Shown here in pieces: positions 34,231-43,978 of a stretch of DNA of 64,000 nucleotides (within the stretch, counting starts at the first letter, position 1; each line of letters opens with the position of its first letter). The notes beneath the pieces are model-generated. The model saw only the letters and a list, made by a program, of their open reading frames with translations. It was not told where the DNA came from and did no database searches. Position numbers and translations under genes: made by a program. Origin of the DNA: a bacterium (GTDB lineage Bacteria > Hinthialibacterota > Hinthialibacteria > Hinthialibacterales > Hinthialibacteraceae); the NCBI GenBank assembly GCA_963663405.2, contig CAXXSM010000092.1, positions 32,001 to 96,000 of the forward strand. The letters run 5' to 3'.

Positions 34231-34395
34231 CTATTCTTCTTCAGGTGAAAAATCGTCTTTACTCACGTCGCATTCCGGGCAGGTAAAATCATCCGGTAGA
34301 TCTTCAAATGGAGTGCCAGGTTCAATCCCTTGTTCCGGCAATCCTACTTCAGGATCATAAACCCATCCACAGACATCACAGACGTATCGTTTCAT
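34231..34395 (-). CDS. Rubredoxin
   Basis: [15 protein letters not shown]...[13 protein letters not shown], with a GGAG RBS. Confidence 0.95.
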   Translation of the reverse strand: MKRYVCDVCGWVYDPEVGLPEQGIEPGTPFEDLPDDFTCPECDVSKDDFSPEEE

Positions 34396-34433
34396 CGTTT
34401 CTCCTCCATATTCATCTAAAGATGGCATGTCTT

Positions 34434-35633
34434 TTAGTTTGCATGGTTATTGGCTAATTCAAGAGCTTTTTCGGCGAGTTGTTTTCCCGCCGCGCGGCAC
34501 TCATCCAAGATTTCAGGGGTGGGTTTGAATTGAGAGGAAATCGTATCACGCACAATCTCCCAATCCAGGGCCTTCATATAATCGACCAGGTTCCGCATTC
34601 CCCCTTGGCTCCAACCATAAGAACCGAATGCGAAACCGGCTTTCCCGGAGGGTCTCAATCCCTTCAGGTAGATCAACGTAGCGCCGATCATCGGCATCAT
34701 CTCCCGGTTGAGGATCGACGAACCGATAGCGACACCGGCGGCGTCGAGCATATCCGTCGCGATCCGTGTTAAATTCGATAGGCGGACATGAATCAGATCC
34801 GTTTCGACGCCGGGAATGGAAGCGCCTTCCAAAATCGCTTTAGCCATCTCGCCGGTGCTGTTCCACATGGTGTCATAGATGACCAACACTTTCGGTTTGG
34901 GCTTGTGAACGATCCATCCTTTATAGGCTTCTATAATCTTGTCAATATTCGAACGGAACACCAAGCCATGACTGGGCGCGATCATATCGATGTCGAGTTT
35001 CGCCACTTCGTCCATCGTCGCCGCAATGAATTTACCATACGGCATAAGAATGTTCGCGTAGTACGTTTTGGCTTCTTCCATTAGCGCTTGGAAGGACACT
35101 TCATCATCGAAGCGCCGGATCGTGGCGTAATGCTGTCCGAACGCGTCCATCGAAAAGAGCAGTTTCTCTTCGGGAATATACGTAAACATCGATTCGGGCC
35201 AGTGCACCATGGGCGTTTCAATGAACTGTAGCGTCCACTTACCCAGGGAGAGCGTATCGCCTGTCTTGACGATATGGAAATTCCAGCCGGATGTATCATA
35301 ATGTTTGCCTAATGCCGCTTCACATTTTTTCGTGCAAACAAGCGTCGCATTCGGACATTCTTTTATGACACGCGGCAAACCACCGGAATGATCCGGTTCG
35401 GCGTGGTTGCAGATAATATAACGAATCGACTTCATATCGGTCAGCGTGGTCACCTTCTGGATTAGATCATTCACAAAAGGCGCTTTAACAGTGTCGATTA
35501 GAGCCGTTTTCTCATCGCGTACGAGATAGGCGTTATACGTGGCGCCGCGATCGGTGTTATAACTGTGAAAATCGCGGACGGTCCAATCGACATAGCCAAC
35601 CCAATCAATGTTCTCCCGTAAGACTATACTCAT
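34434..35633 (-). CDS. fprA: Flavodiiron protein (O2/NO reductase)
   Basis: [29 protein letters not shown] and a flavodoxin domain (AFGSYGWS). Confidence 0.95.
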   Translation of the reverse strand: MSIVLRENIDWVGYVDWTVRDFHSYNTDRGATYNAYLVRDEKTALIDTVKAPFVNDLIQKVTTLTDMKSIRYIICNHAEPDHSGGLPRVIKECPNATLVCTKKCEAALGKHYDTSGWNFHIVKTGDTLSLGKWTLQFIETPMVHWPESMFTYIPEEKLLFSMDAFGQHYATIRRFDDEVSFQALMEEAKTYYANILMPYGKFIAATMDEVAKLDIDMIAPSHGLVFRSNIDKIIEAYKGWIVHKPKPKVLVIYDTMWNSTGEMAKAILEGASIPGVETDLIHVRLSNLTRIATDMLDAAGVAIGSSILNREMMPMIGATLIYLKGLRPSGKAGFAFGSYGWSQGGMRNLVDYMKALDWEIVRDTISSQFKPTPEILDECRAAGKQLAEKALELANNHAN

Positions 35634-35742
35634 GATGCTCCTTCCAACGCGCTATCGCTATCGACCGCTCCAGAGCAACCGGTCCGGAGCGAGTTCTCTT
35701 TCGGTGTTTGCGCAAAACGGACTCCGTTCGCACACAATACAA

Positions 35743-36318
35743 TTACCAGTTCTCCGCCAGCACCTCGAAATGCGCTTGCGGATGCGCGCACGCAGGACAC
35801 GCTTTCGGCGCTTCCTCGCCTTCATGAAGGTATCCACAGTTTCTGCATCTCCAAACAATCGGCTTCTCTTTCTTGAACACGGTTCCGGATTCAATATTCT
35901 TCATCAAATCAAGATACCGCTTCTCATGTTGTTTTTCCGCGACGCAAACAGCGTCAAACACGGCGGCGATCGCGGTGAATCCTTCTTCTCGAGCGACCTG
36001 AGCGTATCCTGGATACATCGTCGTCCATTCGTAATTCTCTCCACCCGCCGCCGCTTTCAGATTTTCCACTGTCGCGCCAATCACACCTGCGGGGAACGCC
36101 TCTTGGATCTCCACTTCCCCGCCTTCCAGAAACTTAAAGAACCGTTTCGCGTGTTCTTTCTCTTGATTGGCGGTCTCTTCAAAGATGTCCGCAATCTGAA
36201 CGAATCCCTCTTTTCGAGCGACACTTGAATAATAGGTATATCGGTTTCTTGCCTGAGATTCACCTGCAAACGCTGTAAGCAGATTTTTCTCCGTTTTACT
36301 TCCTTTAATGCTGGCCAT
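35743..36318 (-). CDS. rbr: Rubrerythrin
   Basis: AFAGESQARNRY, EKEHA, EKQHE and CRNCGY...CPACAHP. Confidence 0.97.
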   Translation of the reverse strand: MASIKGSKTEKNLLTAFAGESQARNRYTYYSSVARKEGFVQIADIFEETANQEKEHAKRFFKFLEGGEVEIQEAFPAGVIGATVENLKAAAGGENYEWTTMYPGYAQVAREEGFTAIAAVFDAVCVAEKQHEKRYLDLMKNIESGTVFKKEKPIVWRCRNCGYLHEGEEAPKACPACAHPQAHFEVLAENW

Positions 36319-36384
36319 TCCTTACGTTCTCCTTTTCTCCAAAAAAAGTAATCATTAAATACTGTGCAATACTTTACATTCACG

Positions 36385-36765
36385 CTATTTCGCTTTCCAT
36401 AACCCATGAAGGTTGCAGTACTCGCGCGCCGTGAGTCGCTCCCCTTCCACGGGGAAAAACGCTTCCGGCGCGTCGCCTGGATTCAAAAACTGACGGTACG
36501 CTTTTCCATCCGCGATCAGTTCGATCCATTCGATATAATGTTCATCCTGCATTGGATGCGCGACGGACCCAACCTTCACTTTGACGCCTCCGCTTACTTT
36601 CTCAATTACGGGAACGTGTTTTTCTGTCGCCGCGTCAGTGGTGTTCTCTGTCAGCAGATCCATCGGCTGATTGCAACAGACAAGCTGGCCTCCTCCTTCA
36701 TGAATCACTTCAACCATATTACCACAGACACTACATTTGTACACTTGCAGCTTTTGAGTCGCCAT
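36385..36765 (-). CDS. dfx: Desulfoferrodoxin (superoxide reductase)
   Basis: YKCSVCGN...CCNQPM, EKHVP, HPM...HYIEWI and YCNLHGLW. Confidence 0.96.
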   Translation of the reverse strand: MATQKLQVYKCSVCGNMVEVIHEGGGQLVCCNQPMDLLTENTTDAATEKHVPVIEKVSGGVKVKVGSVAHPMQDEHYIEWIELIADGKAYRQFLNPGDAPEAFFPVEGERLTAREYCNLHGLWKAK

Positions 36766-36818
36766 TTTTACTCTCCTTAAACAGATCGTATCGTTCAATC
36801 AATAAACAGAGACACAGT

Positions 36819-37259
36819 TTATCCGTATGGATACATGTCTTTCTTTACCGCCTCTAAATTGGCGAGCACTTCATTGTGTTTTTCTTCATCTTTCAAAAGA
36901 TATTCAATCAGATACTTTTGCACGGTCATTCCCTTGTTACCTTTGAGCGCGGCGAGACTTTCTTCGGCCAACCGGACCGTCTCTTTTTCCAATTCGATAT
37001 GTTTCTCGATAGAAGCCCATACTTTGCCAACTTCCTCTGGCGTAAGAGTGAGAACTTTGCTTTCCAGGCTGTCAATAATTAATTCTTGCACACGATGATG
37101 CATTTGGGAATCACGCTGAATGATTTCCATCACTAACCGGACAACTGGGTTTTCGGTCTCTTCAATAATTCTCCCTGTGGAAGAGACTGAAGCGTTTTCA
37201 ATCTTCTGCCATTTCTTCATGTTTTTTACGACGGCTTCCTGCGCTTCTTTAGCGTTCAT
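36819..37259 (-). CDS. Uncharacterised ferritin-like four-helix protein
   Basis: Helical protein with an internal repeat ending DSQMH / DEEKH and an AGGAG RBS. Confidence 0.7.
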   Translation of the reverse strand: MNAKEAQEAVVKNMKKWQKIENASVSSTGRIIEETENPVVRLVMEIIQRDSQMHHRVQELIIDSLESKVLTLTPEEVGKVWASIEKHIELEKETVRLAEESLAALKGNKGMTVQKYLIEYLLKDEEKHNEVLANLEAVKKDMYPYG

Positions 37260-37362
37260 AATTATCTCCTTCTCCTTGAATATAGGTCTGTCACTCATTC
37301 TTTATTTGTTATCAGAAAACAAAATACGTATAAATGGCCCTCTTCACAAGGGGGAAATCGTT

Positions 37363-37950
37363 TTATCCATGTTTGGCCAGGTAATCAGCGACGCCATCCG
37401 CTGTGGGTTTCATCCCTTCTTCACCTTCCCGCCAATTCGCCGGACAGACTTCCCCATGTTTTTCCGTAAATTGCAAAGCGTCCACAACACGCAAGGCTTC
37501 ATCCACACTGCGGCCCAGTGGGAGATCATTGACCAACGCGTGACGCACAATTCCTTCTTTATCGATCAAGAACAGACCACGCAGCGCTAATGAATTATTG
37601 AACAATATACCATATTTCTCCGCAATACTCCGATCCAAATCCGAAACCAAAGGATATTGGATGTTCCCGATTCCACCTTTGTCCCGTGGCGTGTTCTTCC
37701 AGGCCAGATGGGTAAAATGAGAATCCACCGATACCCCGATCACTTCGGTTTTTCTCTTCTTGAATTGATCAAGAGATTTATCAAACGCAATAATCTCGGA
37801 CGGACAGACAAACGTAAAATCGAGCGGGTAAAAGAACAAAACGACATACTTCCCACGGTACGAGGACAACGTTAGTTCTTCAAATGAATTGTCTGGCGCG
37901 ACAGCTTGAGCGGTGAAATCTGGGGCTTCTTTCGTTACGAGTGTTGACAT
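37363..37950 (-). CDS. ahpC: 2-Cys peroxiredoxin (AhpC/TSA)
   Basis: FFYPLDFTFVCP and GEVCPANW. Confidence 0.95.
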   Translation of the reverse strand: MSTLVTKEAPDFTAQAVAPDNSFEELTLSSYRGKYVVLFFYPLDFTFVCPSEIIAFDKSLDQFKKRKTEVIGVSVDSHFTHLAWKNTPRDKGGIGNIQYPLVSDLDRSIAEKYGILFNNSLALRGLFLIDKEGIVRHALVNDLPLGRSVDEALRVVDALQFTEKHGEVCPANWREGEEGMKPTADGVADYLAKHG

Positions 37951-38017
37951 GATTTACTCCTTCTTTTTTATACTAGGCTTTACGCCTTTATTAATGTTCG
38001 GATGTAGTGAAATCACT

Positions 38018-38272
38018 TCACGAATCCGGTTGGTTCTCACTATCCATAGCGCTTTCTTCCCAAATTCCATTCGTGATATGAACCTGCTTTTCTCTCTCGG
38101 CTTCCGAACGAATTTTAAAAGCGCAATCGCGAACCACCTCAAAAAGCGCAAGACACCCTTCATCATCAATCTGAGTTCGCGCATCATTGGCGGAGACGAT
38201 CATCAAACGAGATATATCCAACGCCTGTTTGATGTATTGATTGGTAATACTGACATGTTGGTTGGTCTTCAT
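38018..38272 (-). CDS. Small Cys-containing helical protein, paralog B
   Basis: DDEGCLALFEVVRDCAFKIRSEAERE...GIWE. The start is placed downstream of the sigma54 box. Confidence 0.85.
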   Translation of the reverse strand: MKTNQHVSITNQYIKQALDISRLMIVSANDARTQIDDEGCLALFEVVRDCAFKIRSEAEREKQVHITNGIWEESAMDSENQPDS

Positions 38273-38314
38273 TGGAACACACAATCTTCTATTTTGGTAC
38301 GTTTGATTAAGAAA

Positions 38315-38330
38315 AGCATAAACCATGCCA
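38315..38330 (-). promoter_or_regulatory. sigma54 -24/-12 promoter of the oxidative-stress run
   Basis: The minus strand reads TGGCATGGTTTATGCT (GG-N10-GC). Confidence 0.8.
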
Positions 38331-38523
38331 CAATCAAAATCGTAATCATACAATTAAATATCTTACTGATTATGTTAAACTTAGAGAAAATATTCAGAGT
38401 GAGATTCAATTCATCCGGCGGTATTGTTATGTCTCATTAAATTTAATTTTTAGATACAAACCGAATCCATATTCCAAGACAAATAAGAAGAGCCGAAAGA
38501 GGAAACAAAAATATCTTAAATAA

Positions 38524-38612
38524 TATCAATTAGTTAAGAAAGAAATTTGATGATATGTCTCATTAATTACTACTATACTTTCCCATTGAGACACATCATC
38601 TGAACTGAGACA
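38524..38612. promoter_or_regulatory. IHF-like site plus putative UAS cluster
   Basis: TATCAATTAGTTA at 38524. TGTCTCA at 38556 (also at 38430) and TGAGACA at 38587 and 38606. Confidence 0.65.
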
Positions 38613-38989
38613 CTCTCTTTCACTATAGAAGGGCTAGTGTAATGAATCGATAAATACTTTCTATTCATATATATAGGTGTGTATCATTTCAAACGCGCTC
38701 CTGGCGCCAACACCAAATCGTACTACCTTTGAAGACTGATTCCGTGTGTTTATTAATTAATGGAATTTTCTTAATAGAAAATTATCAAAAAACAATAAAC
38801 CATTTGACTTTCACTCTTTTTTATAGAATAATCGATTTAAATTCCATCGTTTTTATATGCAGCGCCTCAATTCACTGCGATATGACGAGTGAAGATTATT
38901 CTTCATTCCGTCCACTAAATTTGGGCTATTTAATCCAGATGGATCAGATGGGGGAGACCATAAACTACATATTTGAAAGGATTGAGACA

Positions 38990-40393
38990 GTGACACACAA
39001 CAAGATACTTCTGAGACTAAGCGCAGTGTTTCTAATTATGGGAACCGTAGTGGGAATCGGTTATGCCGATGAAACCTATTTTTTCTGGTATGGAAGCAAC
39101 CCTGGTTCTATCTCCTGGGCGCCTTTCGATTGGGAGGGACAAGGCCGCGCCAGCGGATTCGCGGACAGTGTTCAACTGGGGGAATTCTATAACCACACCC
39201 CTGATGCGGAAGACAATGATGAATTAAATATGTCTCTCACATTCGGCTTAGACATTGTAGGAAATCAAGGAGCCCATCATCCGACTGTGCTGCCCGGCGG
39301 GGTGGGAACAGTCAGCCTTTGGATATATTACGATTACGATTTCGGATGGGGATTCGATGATTCCATGAACACGATATACCTCTCGGTTCTCGCCGGTCCA
39401 GAACTCGTGAATGACAACTATCTCGGTGTCCAAATGACCTACGGCGCTGATAATTTCACAATTGTGTCAAGTGAAAACGCGGCGGGAGTGGATGGTCCCG
39501 CAGTCAACGTCAATGACTGGAATGAATTCGTTTTCACCGACGATGGAAACGCCACGCAGTTACAAATCAATGGTGAAGACGCTGGACTCAGCCTCCCCAG
39601 CGGTGGGAATCTCTGGTATATCAACATTGTCGATGGCGCGATTCAGAGCGATGGCTCCATCGATAACGGCGTGTGTACAGAGACATGGTATATAGATGAT
39701 ATCGTATGTACCTCCTCTACTGAATCGGGCATCAAATATATTGACGTTCCCCTTACTTCGAACACAGTGACGATCGACGGCGTGATCAATCCCGATGAAA
39801 TCGCCGGCGCGAACGCGGTCTCCTGGAACGGCTCCTCTCCTGAACGGCCTGGCGTACACGCGCAGTTTTACGGTCAGTGGAGTTTAACCACGCCGGAAGA
39901 TCTTACCGCCACCGTCTACCTGCAAAATGATGGAACTAATCTTTATATCAGCATCGACGTGGTGGATGACGTAGTCGCCATGCTCCAAGAGGGTTCCTGG
40001 TGGAATAACGACAGCACAGAACTCTATATCGATCATGACAACAGCCGGAGCACGGACGGCGCGGACCAGGTCTCCATCCAAGCGGACATGGCCTACGGAA
40101 ACGGGGACAGCTTTTCGGATTGGTTATTTATCGATTCCGTAGTTAAATCCGATAATTCCGGTTGGCAGGTCGAAGCGGAAGTGGATATGGCCGCGCGGGG
40201 CCTCTCGCAGGGTGAAAGTTATGGATTCGACATCTCGATCAACGATTCCGACGGCGAAAACGAAACCGGCTACCAAGGCGCCCAGGAATGGCTCTACGCC
40301 AGTTACGAAACCGCGTACTATAATGAAACCTACTGGGGCAACATCCGAATCCTCAGCACCAGCAGCCCCATTAATCACTGGGAAGTCTATTAA
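38990..40393 (+). CDS. Secreted acidic protein with a C-terminal CBM9/DOMON-like sugar-binding domain and an aromatic C-terminal tail
   Basis: GTG start after AAAGGA and a signal peptide (GYA-DE). IDGVI, NLYISIDVVDD, DSTELYID and GFDISINDSD motifs. Ends TSSPINHWEVY. Confidence 0.75.
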   Translation: MTHNKILLRLSAVFLIMGTVVGIGYADETYFFWYGSNPGSISWAPFDWEGQGRASGFADSVQLGEFYNHTPDAEDNDELNMSLTFGLDIVGNQGAHHPTVLPGGVGTVSLWIYYDYDFGWGFDDSMNTIYLSVLAGPELVNDNYLGVQMTYGADNFTIVSSENAAGVDGPAVNVNDWNEFVFTDDGNATQLQINGEDAGLSLPSGGNLWYINIVDGAIQSDGSIDNGVCTETWYIDDIVCTSSTESGIKYIDVPLTSNTVTIDGVINPDEIAGANAVSWNGSSPERPGVHAQFYGQWSLTTPEDLTATVYLQNDGTNLYISIDVVDDVVAMLQEGSWWNNDSTELYIDHDNSRSTDGADQVSIQADMAYGNGDSFSDWLFIDSVVKSDNSGWQVEAEVDMAARGLSQGESYGFDISINDSDGENETGYQGAQEWLYASYETAYYNETYWGNIRILSTSSPINHWEVY

Positions 40394-40659
40394 AAGGATC
40401 AAAACACCTACCCGCGATAGGTAATGGAACACGAGTGTCTCGCTCGTGAATCGTAGAACATCAATTTAATCTTACACAGCCCCCCAAACCAACAACACCA
40501 ATCCTTATCCCTGATATCACACTAACCTTTATAGTAAGCAGAATGTCTTACTGCAATTCCTATCCAAGATTCAATATATAAAAAAAGAAAGGCATTTCTC
40601 ACCCTCTCCAATATTAAATTCAGCCTCAGCCACTACAAAAAATCTCCATAAGTCATACT

Positions 40660-41868
40660 ATGTATAAAACAAATCATTATAAGGATACCAAGCGCCATTA
40701 CGCTGGATCATTCATAAGGAAACTCATGTCTCCAAAGTCTCTCCGTTCCATCACAAATGAGATCGACGATTATGCGATTCTCACCGCGATTGGTGAAGGA
40801 TCGAGAGACGTAATCACCAGCATCGACGCAAAAGGACGTATCCTATCCTGGACATCCGCCGCCGAACGGCTTCTCGGCTATACAGACAATGAAATCATCG
40901 GTCAATCGATCGATATCCTCGTCCCAGAAAATCTACGGGAATACGAACATGAACAGGTTCGAAAACAGATCAACGGTGAGATCGGCGTCTTTCACGAAGA
41001 CACTATCCGGCTTTGCAAATCGGGTGAACCGGTGGAAATCAGTCTTACACGGATTCCCTTGAAAAACCGGCAGGGAAAAAATATCGCTTTGCTCGCCATT
41101 TTAAAAGATGTGTCGGAACAGAAAAAACTACAACAAGAGGTGGATACCCTCCAGCGCAACACGGCGATGGCGAAAGTCGCCGCGAAAGTCGCCCATGAAA
41201 TCCGAACCCCTCTTGGCGTTCTATTCTTAAAATCCGACCTCCTTGTCGAACGGCTGCGAAGGGCGTTTGAAGAATGGGGAACGGGTGATTCGGAAAAACA
41301 TCAAAAAATACTTGAAAAAGGCGTTTCAGATATTCAAAAGCAGATCAACCGATTAGAAGAAATCGCCACGAATTACCTTCATCTTTCAAAAACCGGTACC
41401 ATTGAACGTGTCAATTTAAAACTCCGGCTTTTCATGCGGGACGTCGTATCGGAACTCAAGGAACAATACGATGACCGGATACAATTGGAATATGAAGTGC
41501 AGGATAACCTCCCCGCAGCATGCTTGGACGCTCAGCAATTCCAGCGAGTTTTCTCCAATTTGACACGCAATTCCGTGGAGGCCATCCGATTGGCCCATAT
41601 CCCTAATGGGAAAATTCTCTTCCGCGTCTATCAAGAAGGAGAAACCATTCGATTTGAAGTCAAAGACAACGGACCGGGTATTCCTAAAGAAATCCAACAA
41701 GCCGTTTTCGATCCATTCACTACTTCAAAAAGCATCGGAACCGGTTTGGGATTATATCTAGTCCGGGAGATTGTAGAAAACCATGATGGCTCTATCCATA
41801 TTCAATCTGAAGAAGGGAAAGGAACCACGATCCATATTACCATTCCATTGGAGAGGGACGGCGGCTGA
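40660..41868 (+). CDS. Cytoplasmic PAS-domain histidine kinase
   Basis: PAS/PAC domain, AHEIRTPL H-box, and DNGPGI / GTGLGL boxes. No TM segment. Confidence 0.93.
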   Translation: MYKTNHYKDTKRHYAGSFIRKLMSPKSLRSITNEIDDYAILTAIGEGSRDVITSIDAKGRILSWTSAAERLLGYTDNEIIGQSIDILVPENLREYEHEQVRKQINGEIGVFHEDTIRLCKSGEPVEISLTRIPLKNRQGKNIALLAILKDVSEQKKLQQEVDTLQRNTAMAKVAAKVAHEIRTPLGVLFLKSDLLVERLRRAFEEWGTGDSEKHQKILEKGVSDIQKQINRLEEIATNYLHLSKTGTIERVNLKLRLFMRDVVSELKEQYDDRIQLEYEVQDNLPAACLDAQQFQRVFSNLTRNSVEAIRLAHIPNGKILFRVYQEGETIRFEVKDNGPGIPKEIQQAVFDPFTTSKSIGTGLGLYLVREIVENHDGSIHIQSEEGKGTTIHITIPLERDGG

Positions 41869-43262
41869 TGACGAGACGCGCTCTATTAATTGTTGAAGAC
41901 GACGCCGACTCACGTGAAGCGATCTGCGAATCCCTTGAGACTGAAGGCTATCAATTTTTGGAGGCGGAAACAGGGGAAAAAGCGATTGAAATGTTCGCAA
42001 CATGCGACATCGACGTAGTCACATGCGATATCATGCTTCCGGGAATGAATGGCATCGAAGTCCTCAGGAAGATCAAGGAGATCAAACCCAACACCCAGGT
42101 TGTCATTCTGACTGGTTTAAGCGAAGTCGATACCGCTGTCGAAGCCATGCGGCTGGGCGCCTTCCACTATCTGACCAAACCTATCCGCCAAAAGGAACTT
42201 CGGCTTGTAATCGAGCGCGCGATCGAACAGAGGAAAATGGAAGAAGAGCGGGAGGAGTGGCGCCGTCAAGTCGCCCGGTATTCCGGAAGGCTTCTCGGCA
42301 AATCGACCGCTATGCAGAAAATCTTTCACATCATTGAACAGGTCGCTCCCACCCAAAGCACTGTCCTCATCACAGGAGAAACCGGCACCGGCAAAGATCA
42401 AGTCGCCCGCGAAATCCACGAACAAAGCCGCCGCAGCAACAAACCCTTAATCAAAGTCGACTGCGCGTCTCTGCCCGAATCCCTGCTGGAATCGGAATTG
42501 TTCGGTCACATCCGGGGCTCGTTCACCGGGGCGATCAAAGACCGCAAAGGCCGTTTCGAACTGGCGGACGGCGCGACGATCTTCCTGGATGAGATCGGAG
42601 AAATGTCCGCCAGCGCCCAACAACGCTTGTTGCGCGTCTTGCAGGACTCGGAACTGGAACGAGTTGGCAGCAGCGATACCATCCGGGTCGACGTTCGTGT
42701 GATCGCGGCGACAAATAAAGACTTGGTCCAATCCATCGCGGATAAGAAATTCCGGGAAGACCTTTACTACCGGCTGCGGGTCGTCCAGGTCCAACTTCCC
42801 CCTCTTCGCGATCGTGGAAACGATATTCCAATATTGGCACAGTCGTTTCTAGAACGGTACAGTAATGAGACAGGAAAGGATCTGAAAACATTCTCACAGG
42901 AAGCGATTAACTTCTTGAAGTCCTACTCCTGGCCGGGTAATGTGCGTGAATTACAGCATGCCGTCGAACACGCTTCCATCTTCGCTCAACCTCCAAATGT
43001 AACCTTGGAAGATCTTCCTGATGAGATTAAAGCCGGTTCTTCCCCTATCGTTTACATGGAGGCGGAAGTGAAAACCTCCATCGTTCCAGATGACAAAACT
43101 ATAGTTATATCAGTAGGTTGCACACTTGAAAAAGCTGAATTGGAAATTATCCGTAAAACACTTGCCAGCGTAGGAGGCAATAAAGAGGAAGCCGCGCGCG
43201 TCCTGGGGCTTTCCCGCAGTTCGCTCTACCGCCGATTGCCCAAGCTGGCTGGAATCCCTTGA
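41868..43262 (+). CDS. NtrC-family sigma54 response regulator
   Basis: Receiver domain, GETGTGKD, ESELFGH..GSFTGA, FREDLYYRL, WPGNVREL and a Fis-type HTH. Confidence 0.96.
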   Translation: MTRRALLIVEDDADSREAICESLETEGYQFLEAETGEKAIEMFATCDIDVVTCDIMLPGMNGIEVLRKIKEIKPNTQVVILTGLSEVDTAVEAMRLGAFHYLTKPIRQKELRLVIERAIEQRKMEEEREEWRRQVARYSGRLLGKSTAMQKIFHIIEQVAPTQSTVLITGETGTGKDQVAREIHEQSRRSNKPLIKVDCASLPESLLESELFGHIRGSFTGAIKDRKGRFELADGATIFLDEIGEMSASAQQRLLRVLQDSELERVGSSDTIRVDVRVIAATNKDLVQSIADKKFREDLYYRLRVVQVQLPPLRDRGNDIPILAQSFLERYSNETGKDLKTFSQEAINFLKSYSWPGNVRELQHAVEHASIFAQPPNVTLEDLPDEIKAGSSPIVYMEAEVKTSIVPDDKTIVISVGCTLEKAELEIIRKTLASVGGNKEEAARVLGLSRSSLYRRLPKLAGIP

Positions 43263-43304
43263 GACGGATATGATTTAATGAAAACATAATTAAATCTGGA
43301 TGAT

Positions 43305-43320
43305 TGGCATACAATATGCT
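43305..43320 (+). promoter_or_regulatory. sigma54 -24/-12 promoter
   Basis: TGGCATACAATATGCT (GG-N10-GC) upstream of the single-domain receiver gene. Confidence 0.7.
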
Positions 43321-43356
43321 TTCTTCCAAGCCGTTATGGTTACATTGAGTGTTGTT

Positions 43357-43767
43357 ATGCCCAATATGAAACCCACCGATCAAGATACGTTCATGCGCGA
43401 TCTTCTAAAAGGAAGAAGTATTTTGATCGTTGATGACGACGACGATTACGCCGAAGCGTTGGAAGAAGTGTTCCTGCTTCAAGGTTGTCAGGTCACACGT
43501 GGCTGTGATCCAGTCTCCGCGTTGAATCTCGCTTTGACGAATGAATTCGATCTTGTAATCGTTGACAAAAACATGCCTCGGTTGACTGGCATTGAATTCG
43601 CGAAACAACTTCGCAATGAAAAACCCGCCTCAAAAATCGTTTTAATCACTGCGTATCCCAATGGAGAATCCCGGCAGGAAAGTCTTCAAGTCGGGATTCG
43701 TTATTATCTTTCCAAGCCGTTCCGTAAAAACGATCTCCTCGAAATCGCCTCGTTTCTTCTCCTGTGA
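43357..43767 (+). CDS. Single-domain response regulator
   Basis: ILIVDDD, DKNMP, ITAY and KPF. The start is uncertain. Confidence 0.9.
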   Translation: MPNMKPTDQDTFMRDLLKGRSILIVDDDDDYAEALEEVFLLQGCQVTRGCDPVSALNLALTNEFDLVIVDKNMPRLTGIEFAKQLRNEKPASKIVLITAYPNGESRQESLQVGIRYYLSKPFRKNDLLEIASFLLL

Positions 43768-43978
43768 GTTGGATATCGTAATCCAATAAACCGATATCCG
43801 ATAAGAGGATTCAGATGTCAAATCATCGTTAGTCCACCATTCCAGACAAAAGTCGATCGAATCTTTCCACTAGAAAATCTGGCAAAAAAGGGGTATATGA
43901 GAAGGTAGGAAGCAAGCCGGGACGCTGTGGAAGCGGGTTTTGGGTCTGTTTTTGAGAGAATTAGGAAGGAGGAAATAC

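Noticed and set aside
38729-38989. N-terminal extension of the 554-aa ORF (similar extensions at 29102, 38353 and 43300)
   Set aside because: These run through AT-rich promoter DNA or sigma54 boxes. Downstream starts fit the RBS, signal peptide or domain boundary better.
43260-43266. TGAGACG (and TGAGACA at 38983) as additional UAS sites
   Set aside because: These are isolated half-sites without the clustered layout, and 43260 is too close to the promoter.
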